Below are positions 29,189 to 38,662 of a DNA stretch of 64,000 nucleotides, piece by piece. The DNA lies in NCBI GenBank assembly GCA_028282885.1, contig JANQGX010000032.1, positions 86,439-150,438 of the forward strand, given 5' to 3'. The position numbers and the translations under genes are program-made. Under the pieces are notes generated by a model that saw only the letters and a program-made list of their open reading frames with translations, was not told the DNA's origin and made no database searches. Source of the DNA: SAR324 cluster bacterium. Lineage in GTDB: Bacteria; SAR324; XYD2-FULL-50-16. The first letter of the stretch is position 1, and each line of letters starts with the position of its first letter.

Positions 29189-30373
29189 ATGCACACGGAA
29201 ACAATTAAGGAAGGGATATACTGGGTAGGCGCTATCGATTGGGATGTAAGGAACTTTCACGGTTACCTGACCCAGCAGGGAACCAGCTATAACGCTTACC
29301 TGATTATAGATGAGAAGATCACCCTGGTGGATACCGTAAAGCCGGATAAATTCGGACAGATGATCGACCGAATCAGTCGCTACGTTGACCCCTCCAGGAT
29401 AGACTATGTCCTCTCCAATCATGTGGAAATGGATCATTCGGGAGGTATTCCCGAACTGATGGAATTGATTCCACAGGCAACCGTTATCACCTCTAAAGCC
29501 GGTGAAAAAGGGCTACGCCAACACTATAAAAAAGAGTGGAACTTTCGGGTCGTGAAATCCGGTGACAGCATCGACATTGGAAAACGAACTCTCAGTTTTG
29601 TTAATACGCCGATGGTGCACTGGCCGGACTCCATGGTGACCTATATTCCTGAGGAGAAGATACTTTTCTCCAATGATGCCTTCGGGCAGCATCTGGCAAC
29701 TTCCGAACGGTTTGATGACGAGCTTGGCTGGAGCGCCGTCAGAAAAGATGCCGCCAAATACTACGCCAACATCGTTTTGCCGTTTGGTAAACAGGTACAA
29801 AAAGCTCTTTCCGCCCTCTCTTCCATGGAAATCGAATTGATAGCACCAAGCCATGGCCTGATGTGGAAATCTCACATTCAGAAGATTATGGCGGAATATC
29901 AGAAATGGTCTAACCACGAAGCTCCCAATAGAGCCCTGATCGTTTATGACTCGATGTGGCAATCAACAGAGAAAATAGCAACCGCACTGGAAAAAGGCCT
30001 GTCCGAATCCGGAATCTACACAACCTTGCGTAATTTAAAGGTTAATCATATTTCGAACATTATGCCGGATGTGATGGAATCGAAACTGGTTCTGCTGGGA
30101 TCTCCTACTTTGAATAACAGTATACTGCCTACCATGGGTCAGTTTTTAACCTACCTCAGGGGACTCAAACCGCAGAACAAGATCGGATTTGCCTTTGGTT
30201 CCTACGGTTGGGGCGGTCAAGCTGTCAAAGAGCTGGTCCAAACCATCGAGGATTTAAACTGGGAAAATCCCCTGGAGGGAGTCAATATTGAATATATTCC
30301 CGATACCGAGGAACTGTCTGCAACGGTGGATATCGGAAAAAGCCTTGCAGAAATTTTGATGAAGTCAAATTGA
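29189..30373 (+). CDS. roo: flavodiiron protein (rubredoxin:oxygen oxidoreductase / FprA-type)
   Basis: Start re-assigned to ATG 29189 (GGGATAGGAG RBS) rather than 29129, which overlaps rubredoxin; metallo-beta-lactamase-like diiron motif HVEMDHSGG; C-terminal flavodoxin-like domain (ALIVYDSMWQSTEKIA). Confidence 0.85.
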   Translation: MHTETIKEGIYWVGAIDWDVRNFHGYLTQQGTSYNAYLIIDEKITLVDTVKPDKFGQMIDRISRYVDPSRIDYVLSNHVEMDHSGGIPELMELIPQATVITSKAGEKGLRQHYKKEWNFRVVKSGDSIDIGKRTLSFVNTPMVHWPDSMVTYIPEEKILFSNDAFGQHLATSERFDDELGWSAVRKDAAKYYANIVLPFGKQVQKALSALSSMEIELIAPSHGLMWKSHIQKIMAEYQKWSNHEAPNRALIVYDSMWQSTEKIATALEKGLSESGIYTTLRNLKVNHISNIMPDVMESKLVLLGSPTLNNSILPTMGQFLTYLRGLKPQNKIGFAFGSYGWGGQAVKELVQTIEDLNWENPLEGVNIEYIPDTEELSATVDIGKSLAEILMKSN

Positions 30374-30621
30374 TGTGGTAGTCTTAATCAGAATCAGTCC
30401 GTTCCTCAATGGAAAGATTAATTCCTGATCCGAAAGCGCTCCGAATCATCACTTTTTGGAGGGGCTTATGTTTTTCGATAAGGTATCATAGGGGCTGATC
30501 AACTCTGGTGTTAAAACTCCCGACATTCGGTTACGTCGGGAGATTGACAAATTTATCGGTGGTCGGTTTCAAACTGCAGACCCCGTTCCAACAGCATATA
30601 ACTGCAAAAGGAGGTAAACCT

Positions 30622-31944
30622 ATGGATCCAGTTTTATTAGCGCGAATCCAGTTTGCTGTTACGGTGGGATTCCACTATATTTTCCCAACCATCACACTGG
30701 GATTGGCTTTTCTGATCGTTATATTTCTTGGATTGTATCTGAAAAAGGAAGACGAGTTGTATGAAAAAATAGCCCGTTTCTGGATTGGAATTTTTGCCAT
30801 CGTATTTTCCATGGGGGTGGCTACGGGGATTGTAATGGAGTTTCAGTTCGGCACCAATTGGGAGAAATATTCCAGATTTGTCGGTGATATCTTCGGGGCA
30901 CCTTTAGCAGCCGAAGGCGTTTTTGCCTTTTTTCTGGAGTCCACCTTTTTAGGAATTCTGCTCTTCGGTCGGAACAAGGTTTCCAAAAAAGTGTACTTTA
31001 TTTCGGCCCTGATGGTATTGATCGGGTCCACCCTGTCCGCTTTCTGGATCATCGTTGCCAATTCCTGGCAGCAGACTCCGGCAGGATACCACATTATCAA
31101 TGGTCGGGCGGAACTGACCAGCTTCTTCGATGCTGTTTTTAATCCTTCCACACTTTACAGATACTCACATGCAGTGGTTGGTGGCTGGGTAACGGGTGGT
31201 TTCTTCGTAGCAGGGCTTAGCGGTTATTTCCTTTTGAAAAAACGACATGTCGAATTTGCCAAGCGCTCCATCTGGATCGCCCTGGTCTTTACCTTGATCA
31301 GTTCGGTTATTCAGATTGAACTGGGACATCTCCATTCAGTTCAGGTGACCAAAACCCAGCCTGAAAAGATGGCGACTTTCGAGTCCATGTTCGAATCCCA
31401 GGCCAATGCACCTCTGGTCATCCTGGGTATCCCCAACGAAGAAGAGAAAAGGATTGATTATGAAGTCAGTATCCCCGGACTATTGAGCTTTATGGTCGGT
31501 TTTGATTCGGATTACGTCGTCAAGGGACGTAATGATTTTCCTGCTGATGAACTGCCCCCGCTGATGCTTCCTTTCTTCTCCTACCGGGTAATGGTGGGGC
31601 TGGCATTTTACTTCCTCCTTGTTGCATTGATCGGAACCTATCTGGCCTGGAAAGATAAGATCGCAGATGCCAGGCGATACCTGTGGGTTTTGTTGCTCAC
31701 TATACCGCTACCGGTCATATCGAACGAGATGGGCTGGATTGCCGCCGAGGTAGGCAGGCAACCCTGGATTGTCTACCGGGAACTGAAAACAGCAGATGCC
31801 ATATCGACGGTTGTCTCCGCCGGAGAAATACTGTTTTCCCTGATCCTTTTCAGCGTTTTGTATGTTGTTCTTTTTTCTCTCTTTGTATTTCTGGTTCGGA
31901 AGAAGATGTTAAAGGGGCCGGAATCCGTTTCTGAAGCATACTAG
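30622..31944 (+). CDS. cydA: cytochrome bd ubiquinol oxidase subunit I
   Basis: Start at ATG 30622 (AAGGAGG RBS): MDPVLLARIQFAVTVGFHYIFPTITLG... canonical CydA N-terminus and Q-loop. Confidence 0.9.
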   Translation: MDPVLLARIQFAVTVGFHYIFPTITLGLAFLIVIFLGLYLKKEDELYEKIARFWIGIFAIVFSMGVATGIVMEFQFGTNWEKYSRFVGDIFGAPLAAEGVFAFFLESTFLGILLFGRNKVSKKVYFISALMVLIGSTLSAFWIIVANSWQQTPAGYHIINGRAELTSFFDAVFNPSTLYRYSHAVVGGWVTGGFFVAGLSGYFLLKKRHVEFAKRSIWIALVFTLISSVIQIELGHLHSVQVTKTQPEKMATFESMFESQANAPLVILGIPNEEEKRIDYEVSIPGLLSFMVGFDSDYVVKGRNDFPADELPPLMLPFFSYRVMVGLAFYFLLVALIGTYLAWKDKIADARRYLWVLLLTIPLPVISNEMGWIAAEVGRQPWIVYRELKTADAISTVVSAGEILFSLILFSVLYVVLFSLFVFLVRKKMLKGPESVSEAY

Positions 31945-31995
31945 GTAAAAAATTGTGAACTTGACTAAAAATAACATACAAAAGGGAGGGACATC

Positions 31996-32982
31996 ATGGA
32001 TCTGAACATTATCTGGTTTTTGCTGATTGGCGTCTTGCTGGTTGGATACTCTGTTCTTGACGGGTTCGACCTGGGAGCGGGAATCCTGCAATTGTTTACA
32101 AAAGGAGAAGAGGAGAAAAAAGCGCTTTTAAAATCGATAGCGCCATTCTGGGACGGAAACGAAGTCTGGTTGTTAACCGGGGGCGGGGCTCTCTTTGCCG
32201 CTTTTCCGCACGTCTATGCCACGGTTTTCAGCGGTTTTTACCTGGCTTTGATGCTGCTTCTGGTAGCCCTTATCTTCAGGGCTGTATCCATTGAATTCCG
32301 AAACCAGGTGGAATCCGAGGGTTGGAAGGGATTCTGGGACATAACCTTTACCGTCTCCAGTTTTGTCACAGCCCTGCTCCTGGGAGTAGCACTTGGTAAT
32401 ATCTTTACCGGAATTCCACTTGACGGTGAGATGAACTATACCGGCTCATTCTTCACTTTATTAAGGCCTCTGCCTCTGTTCGTCGGGCTGACCGGTGTGG
32501 CAATGATTATCACCCAGGGAGCTGCCTACTTGCTGATGAAAACGGATGGAGATCTGCAGGCAAGAGTCAAAGTTTGGATAAAACGTTCGTGGCTGGCTTT
32601 TGTCATTCTTTCGGTACTAACCACCCTGCTGACCCTTATCATTGATTCCAGTAAGGTTTCAGCGATATTCTGCGGATTAGCGGGTTGGATCGCACTGGCT
32701 GTGTTTCTGGTCGGGGTGATATTGGTGCGGGTATTTCTGGCAAAGGATGAATTTTTCAAGGTTTTTATCGCATCATCCCTGATCATTGTCTCCATGTTCC
32801 TGGTCGTGGGCGCCGCTATTTACCCGAATCTGGTACCTGCACTGGAGGCAGCGAACAGCCTGAATATCTACAACTCATCTTCCAGTCAACTGACCCTGAC
32901 TGTTATGCTGGTCATTGCCCTGATCGGAATGCCTGTTGTGATTGCTTATACAATCTACATTTACAGGGCTTTCAGGAAGTAG
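31996..32982 (+). CDS. cydB: cytochrome bd ubiquinol oxidase subunit II
   Basis: MDLNIIWFLLIGVLLVGYSVLDGFDLGAGIL... canonical CydB N-terminus; 328 aa multi-TM. Confidence 0.9.
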   Translation: MDLNIIWFLLIGVLLVGYSVLDGFDLGAGILQLFTKGEEEKKALLKSIAPFWDGNEVWLLTGGGALFAAFPHVYATVFSGFYLALMLLLVALIFRAVSIEFRNQVESEGWKGFWDITFTVSSFVTALLLGVALGNIFTGIPLDGEMNYTGSFFTLLRPLPLFVGLTGVAMIITQGAAYLLMKTDGDLQARVKVWIKRSWLAFVILSVLTTLLTLIIDSSKVSAIFCGLAGWIALAVFLVGVILVRVFLAKDEFFKVFIASSLIIVSMFLVVGAAIYPNLVPALEAANSLNIYNSSSSQLTLTVMLVIALIGMPVVIAYTIYIYRAFRK

Positions 32983-33296
32983 AAGTTTGCTCCCCCGGAC
33001 CATTTTTTGCAGGTAAAACTCGGGGGATGCGAAACGGGTGCAAGTATCGCCAACAGAAAAAACCGACCAGGCGGTGGAGTTCAACGGCATCTCTCATCTT
33101 CCACGATATAGAATCAGGAGTTTCCCGGGCATCAAGTTCCCTGGTCAGTTCTGCCAAAGTAGTAGATGATCAATGAAAACGGCAAAACGAACCCGCCGAG
33201 GCTCCATCATTTCAATAATCGGGAGAAATCCCCGGTTAAGGTTGTATTGCAGAACCTTGCGAATAAAACTGAACCGGTATAGTTTTTAAACCCATC

Positions 33297-34214
33297 ATGA
33301 AAAAAGTAGAATCTGTTGAAGATGTAACTAACATTCTGGCCAAGCAGGGATATGTGAGTTCTGAGGAGATATCCACAATTGTCTATCTGGCCATCAAAAT
33401 GAAACGCCCTATTCTGGTTGAGGGGCCTGCGGGTGTCGGTAAAACCGAACTGGCTAAATCGCTTTCCAGGGCATTAGCGCTGGAATTGATTCAGTTGCAG
33501 TGTTACGAAGGACTGGACGAATCAAAAGCTATCTATGAATGGGAATACGCCAAGCAGCTTCTTTATACCCAGATCCTTAAGGAGAAAATCAACGATGTCA
33601 TCGGGGACTCTTCGGATCTGAATGACTCCATCAAAAAACTGGTTGGGTTGGAAGACGCGTTCTTCTCCGACCATTTTCTGCTGCCGCGCCCTTTGCTTAA
33701 ATCAATTCGATCCGAAAAGCAGACGGTTCTGCTGATCGACGAGGTGGATAAATCCGATCCCGAGTTCGAAGCCTATCTGCTGGAAGTCCTGAGTTCCAAC
33801 GAAATTACCATTCCGGAGATAGGTACGCTGCAGGCTAAAGAGATTCCCATTGTCTTTCTCACCTCTAATAACGTCAGAGACCTCAGTGATGCCTTGAAGC
33901 GCCGTTGTCTGAATCTATATGTCGATTTTCCAACAGAGGAGTTGGAAGCGCAGATCGTGAAATCGAAGTTTCCTCACATCAGGGATGAGCTGGTTGACAA
34001 GCTGGTCAAAGCCGTGCATGCCATCCGTGAGTTGGAGATCAAAAAGAAACCCTCTATTTCCGAGACCATTGATTGGGCCGAATCTCTGCTGACGCTTCAG
34101 GTGGAGGATATTACACCCAAGGAGCTGCAACAGACATTGGGTATTCTCAGTAAATATAAAACCGACATGGATCAGATCATGCAGAATTCGGACAAAGTTC
34201 TGGGAGCAGCCTGA
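33297..34214 (+). CDS. MoxR-family AAA+ ATPase (CoxD/NorQ-like)
   Basis: Walker A GPAGVGKT, Walker B LLIDEVDK, ~305 aa, MoxR-like architecture. Confidence 0.8.
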   Translation: MKKVESVEDVTNILAKQGYVSSEEISTIVYLAIKMKRPILVEGPAGVGKTELAKSLSRALALELIQLQCYEGLDESKAIYEWEYAKQLLYTQILKEKINDVIGDSSDLNDSIKKLVGLEDAFFSDHFLLPRPLLKSIRSEKQTVLLIDEVDKSDPEFEAYLLEVLSSNEITIPEIGTLQAKEIPIVFLTSNNVRDLSDALKRRCLNLYVDFPTEELEAQIVKSKFPHIRDELVDKLVKAVHAIRELEIKKKPSISETIDWAESLLTLQVEDITPKELQQTLGILSKYKTDMDQIMQNSDKVLGAA

Positions 34215-35584
34215 TGGTCAGCATGGTCCTCAAGTTTGCCGGTTATATGCGATATAACGGGCTGACGGTTTCCACCTCCGCTCTTCACAACACCATTTCA
34301 GCCATGCAGTGGGTCAATCCGCTGAACAGAACCCAGGTTTATGCCGCATTGGAGAGTTGCCTGGTGCAAAACATGACCGAGCGGAAAAAGTTCAGGAAGA
34401 TCTTTCAGAAGTTCTTCGAAGAACAATCCCTGATCGAACTTGAACACGAGGAGGTTGCCTACAAAATGCAGGTGCAGGAGTTTGCATCGCAACTGCGTGA
34501 AGAAGGCGACTATGTGGGTAAAATCCTGTCAGACTATATGGATGGCGAAGTGGCCGGGCTTCTTCAAAACATGGGAGATAATCAGACGTTCAGAACCGTC
34601 TACGACGAAACGGCATCCGGTATAGGGATGAACAAGGAGAAGGTCCGGGCGGATATCATCAAACGTATCGACAGGTTGAAGGACAAGGCTGTTGATTTTG
34701 CCGACGCCTCTTTTCACCTCTCGAGGGAAAAGAGGGAAGCACTTTCCGACTACCTCAGGCAGCAGCTTGAGGACGCCAGGGAACTGCTTAAGAATAATCC
34801 CAGGAAACGCAAGCTGAGAAATCACCTGATGCCCTGGGAACGGCAGAAGGCAATATCCAGTATCAGCTTCGACAAACTGACCATGGAGGAGCAGGAGAAG
34901 GTCAAACAAGAAGTGGAAAGGATTGCTCAAAAACTGAAGGACGCCCTCTCCAGGCAGAAAAAAAAAGCAAGACGGGGACACCTGGATGTCAAAAACACCA
35001 TTCGACATTCCATGAAATTCAACGGGATACCCTTCAATATTAAAACCCGCAGACCAGCCAGAAAAAAGGGGAAGATTATCGCACTTTGCGATATTTCCAT
35101 GTCAGTGGCTTATGCTGCCCAGTTTACACTTCTGCTGCTCTATCGCCTGCAGAACCGATTCTCAAAAATCCGATCCTTTGTTTTTATCAGAAACGCCTAT
35201 GAGATATCCGATCTTTTTAAGAAGTATCCTCTGGAAACGGCCCTGAAAAAGGCAATCAAGCAGCATCATATCGGTATGGGCCAGTTGACCAATTACGGGG
35301 CAACGTTCAAATCCTTTCTCACAAATTATCCCAATGCTATTACTCGGGATACCACCATTCTTATTTTAGGAGATGCGTTAAACAACTGTGTTGATCCCCA
35401 GGTTCAATACCTGAAGGAGATGTCGGATAAGGCTCTCAGAACGATCTGGCTTAATCCCGAAGAGGAGAAATACTGGTACACAACCAGCAGTGCTATCAAA
35501 GACTATGAGCCTTACTGCAGCCAGGTAGTGGAATGCGCCACCATAGACCAGCTTTCGGATTTTGCTAAAAACCTCGTTTTATGA
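34214..35584 (+). CDS. VWA domain protein, CoxE-like (MoxR partner)
   Basis: 456 aa; start overlaps MoxR stop (ATGA); C-terminal VWA_CoxE-like region (KIIALCDISMS...ILILGDALNN). Confidence 0.7.
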   Translation: MVSMVLKFAGYMRYNGLTVSTSALHNTISAMQWVNPLNRTQVYAALESCLVQNMTERKKFRKIFQKFFEEQSLIELEHEEVAYKMQVQEFASQLREEGDYVGKILSDYMDGEVAGLLQNMGDNQTFRTVYDETASGIGMNKEKVRADIIKRIDRLKDKAVDFADASFHLSREKREALSDYLRQQLEDARELLKNNPRKRKLRNHLMPWERQKAISSISFDKLTMEEQEKVKQEVERIAQKLKDALSRQKKKARRGHLDVKNTIRHSMKFNGIPFNIKTRRPARKKGKIIALCDISMSVAYAAQFTLLLLYRLQNRFSKIRSFVFIRNAYEISDLFKKYPLETALKKAIKQHHIGMGQLTNYGATFKSFLTNYPNAITRDTTILILGDALNNCVDPQVQYLKEMSDKALRTIWLNPEEEKYWYTTSSAIKDYEPYCSQVVECATIDQLSDFAKNLVL

Positions 35585-35814
35585 AAACTTTTCGAAAAAA
35601 CCCTCCCTAGTCAACCCACTGAATTAAGGAACGATCCACTATATTTGATCTTTTTCCGAATCCCACCTTTGATCCCGGCTAAACCATCCGCCATCTAAGG
35701 GCTGCATTCCCCCCGTTTGTATGCTAAAATCTAACTTTATTTTATGCTTTGGATTATCCGGAGCGGGTTTCCGCAACCCATCGTATTGCACCGTGTTAAT
35801 CGTTCAGATACGAA

Positions 35815-38601
35815 ATGAGTGGATCAATAACCGAGAAAGATCTGAAAAGGCACAAACTGCCAAGCCTGTTTACCGGTTTTGCTTTTGTGTTGCTGGCAAT
35901 CATTGTCGCCGATGCGGTGATCGTTATTCTTACCCGATTCGATCTCCGGGAGTTATTATCCCGGCAAAATGTTGATCCGTCTTCCCTGGTTGATTTTCAG
36001 TTTTTTGGATTCATTATCAAAACTTCCCTTGTAATGGCGGGAGTTGCCATTCTGATCCTTATCGCCCGGCAAAACACCACCATTGTCAGACAGTTGCAGA
36101 AGTCGATCAAACGGCAAAAAGAAAAAGAGGAACACAATCACACCAAATCGGCAGAACTTTCTGATATGATGAGGAGACTTGGGGACAAAAACAGGGATCT
36201 TGAGAAATACCAGGATCAGTTGGACAATGCCCTTTCCATAATTGCCCAAAAAGAAAGAGACCTGCGTATCATCTTTGAGAAATCTCCCTTGGGAATGATC
36301 AGGGTAGATGAAACTGGAGTGATCAGGGAGTTCAATGATCGCTCTTTTGAGATTTTGGGCTCCCAACGAGACAGACTTCAGGATTACCCGACTCTTGATA
36401 ACACCGTTCCCGAACTCCAAAAAACAATCAAACAGGCCATCAACGGGGAAAAAGCGATTTTTGAAGATACCTACACCTCGATAACCGGAACCCGTACTCT
36501 CTACATGAGGGTCATTGCCAATCCGGTCAATCCCGACAACCCCCCTACGGAAATCATCTGCTCTGTTGAGGATATTACCTATCGCAAAGAGATTGAAGAT
36601 CAGCTTTTGCAGTCCCGCGACAATCTTGAGAATCTGGTTAACCAGCGCACCACCGCTTTGCTGAGGGAGATTGAAGAAAGGAAACATGCCCAGGAAGAGT
36701 TAAGAAAAAGCGAAGAGCGTTATCGACTGATTACCGAGAACTCATCCGATGTGATCTGGACCCTCGATTTTTCAGGGAAATTCACTTATGTAAGTCCGTC
36801 CGTTAAACAACTGACCGGACATACCCAGGAGGAGATGCTGGCATTGCCAATGGATCAGACCCTTGTCCCCGAATCTGTGCAAAAGGTAATGAATACTCTT
36901 GAGCGGGAGTTGAGCAGACCGGAGGCCGAAAGAAAAACGCATGATTCCTTGGAGGTTCAACAATATACCAAAAACCGAGAAATCATCGATATCGAAGTAT
37001 CAGTAAGCTGGATTCTGGATGATGATAACCAGCCAATCGGTATCCAGGGCATCAGCAGGGATATTTCAGAGAGAAAACGGACAGAACAGGCGTTGCTTAA
37101 AAGTGAAGAAAAACACAGAACCATCCTGGAGAGCATTGATGACGCCTATTTCGAAAGCGATCTGGATGCCAATCTGACCTTCATCAATCGGGCTATGGAG
37201 GAGATGACCGGATATTCGGAAGCCGAACTGTTGGGGATACCCTTTCGGAAATATAACGATGAGAAGAGCTACGATATTGTTCACAATACTTTTTCCGAAG
37301 TCATCAAAACAGGCCGGAAACGTGGTCAGATCTACTGCAGCATTGTCACGAAGCAGAACAAAGTCAAACACATCGGTATGGTAGCAACCCCCAAAAGAGG
37401 TAAGGATGACACGATCATCGGCATCCAGGGAGTGGCCAGGGATATTACTGATCAGAGAAACCTGGAACAGAAACTGAGACAGACCCAGAAAATGGAGGCT
37501 ATCGGTAACCTCGCAGGTGGGGTTGCCCATGATTTCAATAATATTCTGGGCGGAATCCTGGGCTATGCCCAGTTAATTAAAAGCCATCCCGATTCCAAAA
37601 CCCGGGTTCTCTCTTTTGTGGATCATATCATTAAAGCCAGCAGCAGGGCGACCGGACTGATTAACCAGATTCTGCTCTTTTCCCGAAAAGGAGAAAGCCG
37701 GAAAATTCCCACCGATCTGGGCCTGATTACTGAAGAGGTGCTTAAACTCTTGCGAGCGTCAATTCCTGCAACAATCAAGATCAAACATCACTTTGAGAGC
37801 AATCTCAATCCGGTCCTGGCCGATCAGACACAGATTCACCAGGTCCTCATGAACCTGAGTAACAATGCGGCCCATGCCATGCGAGAGAACGGTGGCACTC
37901 TTGAGTTAAAACTGGAAAACTACTGGATCAACGAATCGGAAATCTTTAAATCTCCTGGTATGTCTTTGGGCTCCCATGTAAAACTATCGTTGATAGATAC
38001 GGGGCACGGGATGGATACAGCCACGCTGGAACGAATCTTTGATCCCTATTTCACAACAAAAAAGCAGGGAGAAGGAACCGGTCTTGGCCTGTCAAGTGTT
38101 CATGGCATAGTAGAGGACCATGGTGGCCACATACAGGTGGAAAGCCAACCCGGAGTAGGTACGACATTCTTCGTCTGCCTGCCTGCTATCGAACAGAATA
38201 TTGAGTCTGCAGAACTGGAGGATGATGCTCCCATGGGAAGTGAATCGATCCTCTTTGTGGATGATGAGGAATATCTCAGCAGTATCGGGAAAGAGATGCT
38301 GGAAGACTATGGTTACTCCGTTGAGGCATTGACAAATCCTGTTGAAGCCTTGAAGCTTTTTGAAGAGAATCCCGACAGGTTTGATCTCCTTATTACTGAT
38401 TTCACCATGCCGGAGATGACGGGGGACAAACTGGTTGACCGTATTCTGGAATTAAAGTCCCAATTTCCGGTTATCATGTGCACGGGGATTGTTCTTCCTC
38501 CCGAGATTCAGCAAAAACCAGGAATCAGCAGAATCGTCATGAAACCCCTGGATATGTACGCCCTCTTGAAAGTCATCAGGAAAACCCTGGACTCAAAATA
38601 G
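35815..38601 (+). CDS. hybrid sensor histidine kinase (TM, multiple PAS, HisKA, HATPase, C-terminal receiver)
   Basis: 928 aa; H-box HDFNNILGGILGYAQL, N/G boxes (NLSNNAAHAM; DTGHGMD; GTGLGLS), receiver ILFVDDEEY...DLLITDFTMPEMTG. Confidence 0.85.
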   Translation: MSGSITEKDLKRHKLPSLFTGFAFVLLAIIVADAVIVILTRFDLRELLSRQNVDPSSLVDFQFFGFIIKTSLVMAGVAILILIARQNTTIVRQLQKSIKRQKEKEEHNHTKSAELSDMMRRLGDKNRDLEKYQDQLDNALSIIAQKERDLRIIFEKSPLGMIRVDETGVIREFNDRSFEILGSQRDRLQDYPTLDNTVPELQKTIKQAINGEKAIFEDTYTSITGTRTLYMRVIANPVNPDNPPTEIICSVEDITYRKEIEDQLLQSRDNLENLVNQRTTALLREIEERKHAQEELRKSEERYRLITENSSDVIWTLDFSGKFTYVSPSVKQLTGHTQEEMLALPMDQTLVPESVQKVMNTLERELSRPEAERKTHDSLEVQQYTKNREIIDIEVSVSWILDDDNQPIGIQGISRDISERKRTEQALLKSEEKHRTILESIDDAYFESDLDANLTFINRAMEEMTGYSEAELLGIPFRKYNDEKSYDIVHNTFSEVIKTGRKRGQIYCSIVTKQNKVKHIGMVATPKRGKDDTIIGIQGVARDITDQRNLEQKLRQTQKMEAIGNLAGGVAHDFNNILGGILGYAQLIKSHPDSKTRVLSFVDHIIKASSRATGLINQILLFSRKGESRKIPTDLGLITEEVLKLLRASIPATIKIKHHFESNLNPVLADQTQIHQVLMNLSNNAAHAMRENGGTLELKLENYWINESEIFKSPGMSLGSHVKLSLIDTGHGMDTATLERIFDPYFTTKKQGEGTGLGLSSVHGIVEDHGGHIQVESQPGVGTTFFVCLPAIEQNIESAELEDDAPMGSESILFVDDEEYLSSIGKEMLEDYGYSVEALTNPVEALKLFEENPDRFDLLITDFTMPEMTGDKLVDRILELKSQFPVIMCTGIVLPPEIQQKPGISRIVMKPLDMYALLKVIRKTLDSK

Positions 38602-38662
38602 GGGACGTAGTTGAAATATTTCGATTTGTGCAAATCGAAATATTTCAACTACGTCCCCTATT
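38597..38662. terminator. bidirectional intrinsic terminator (perfect 32-bp inverted repeat)
   Basis: AATAGGGGACGTAGTTGAAATATTTCGATTTG-tg-CAAATCGAAATATTTCAACTACGTCCCCTATT between convergent genes; overlaps stop codon of kinase and sits immediately before stop of TauE gene. Confidence 0.65.
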
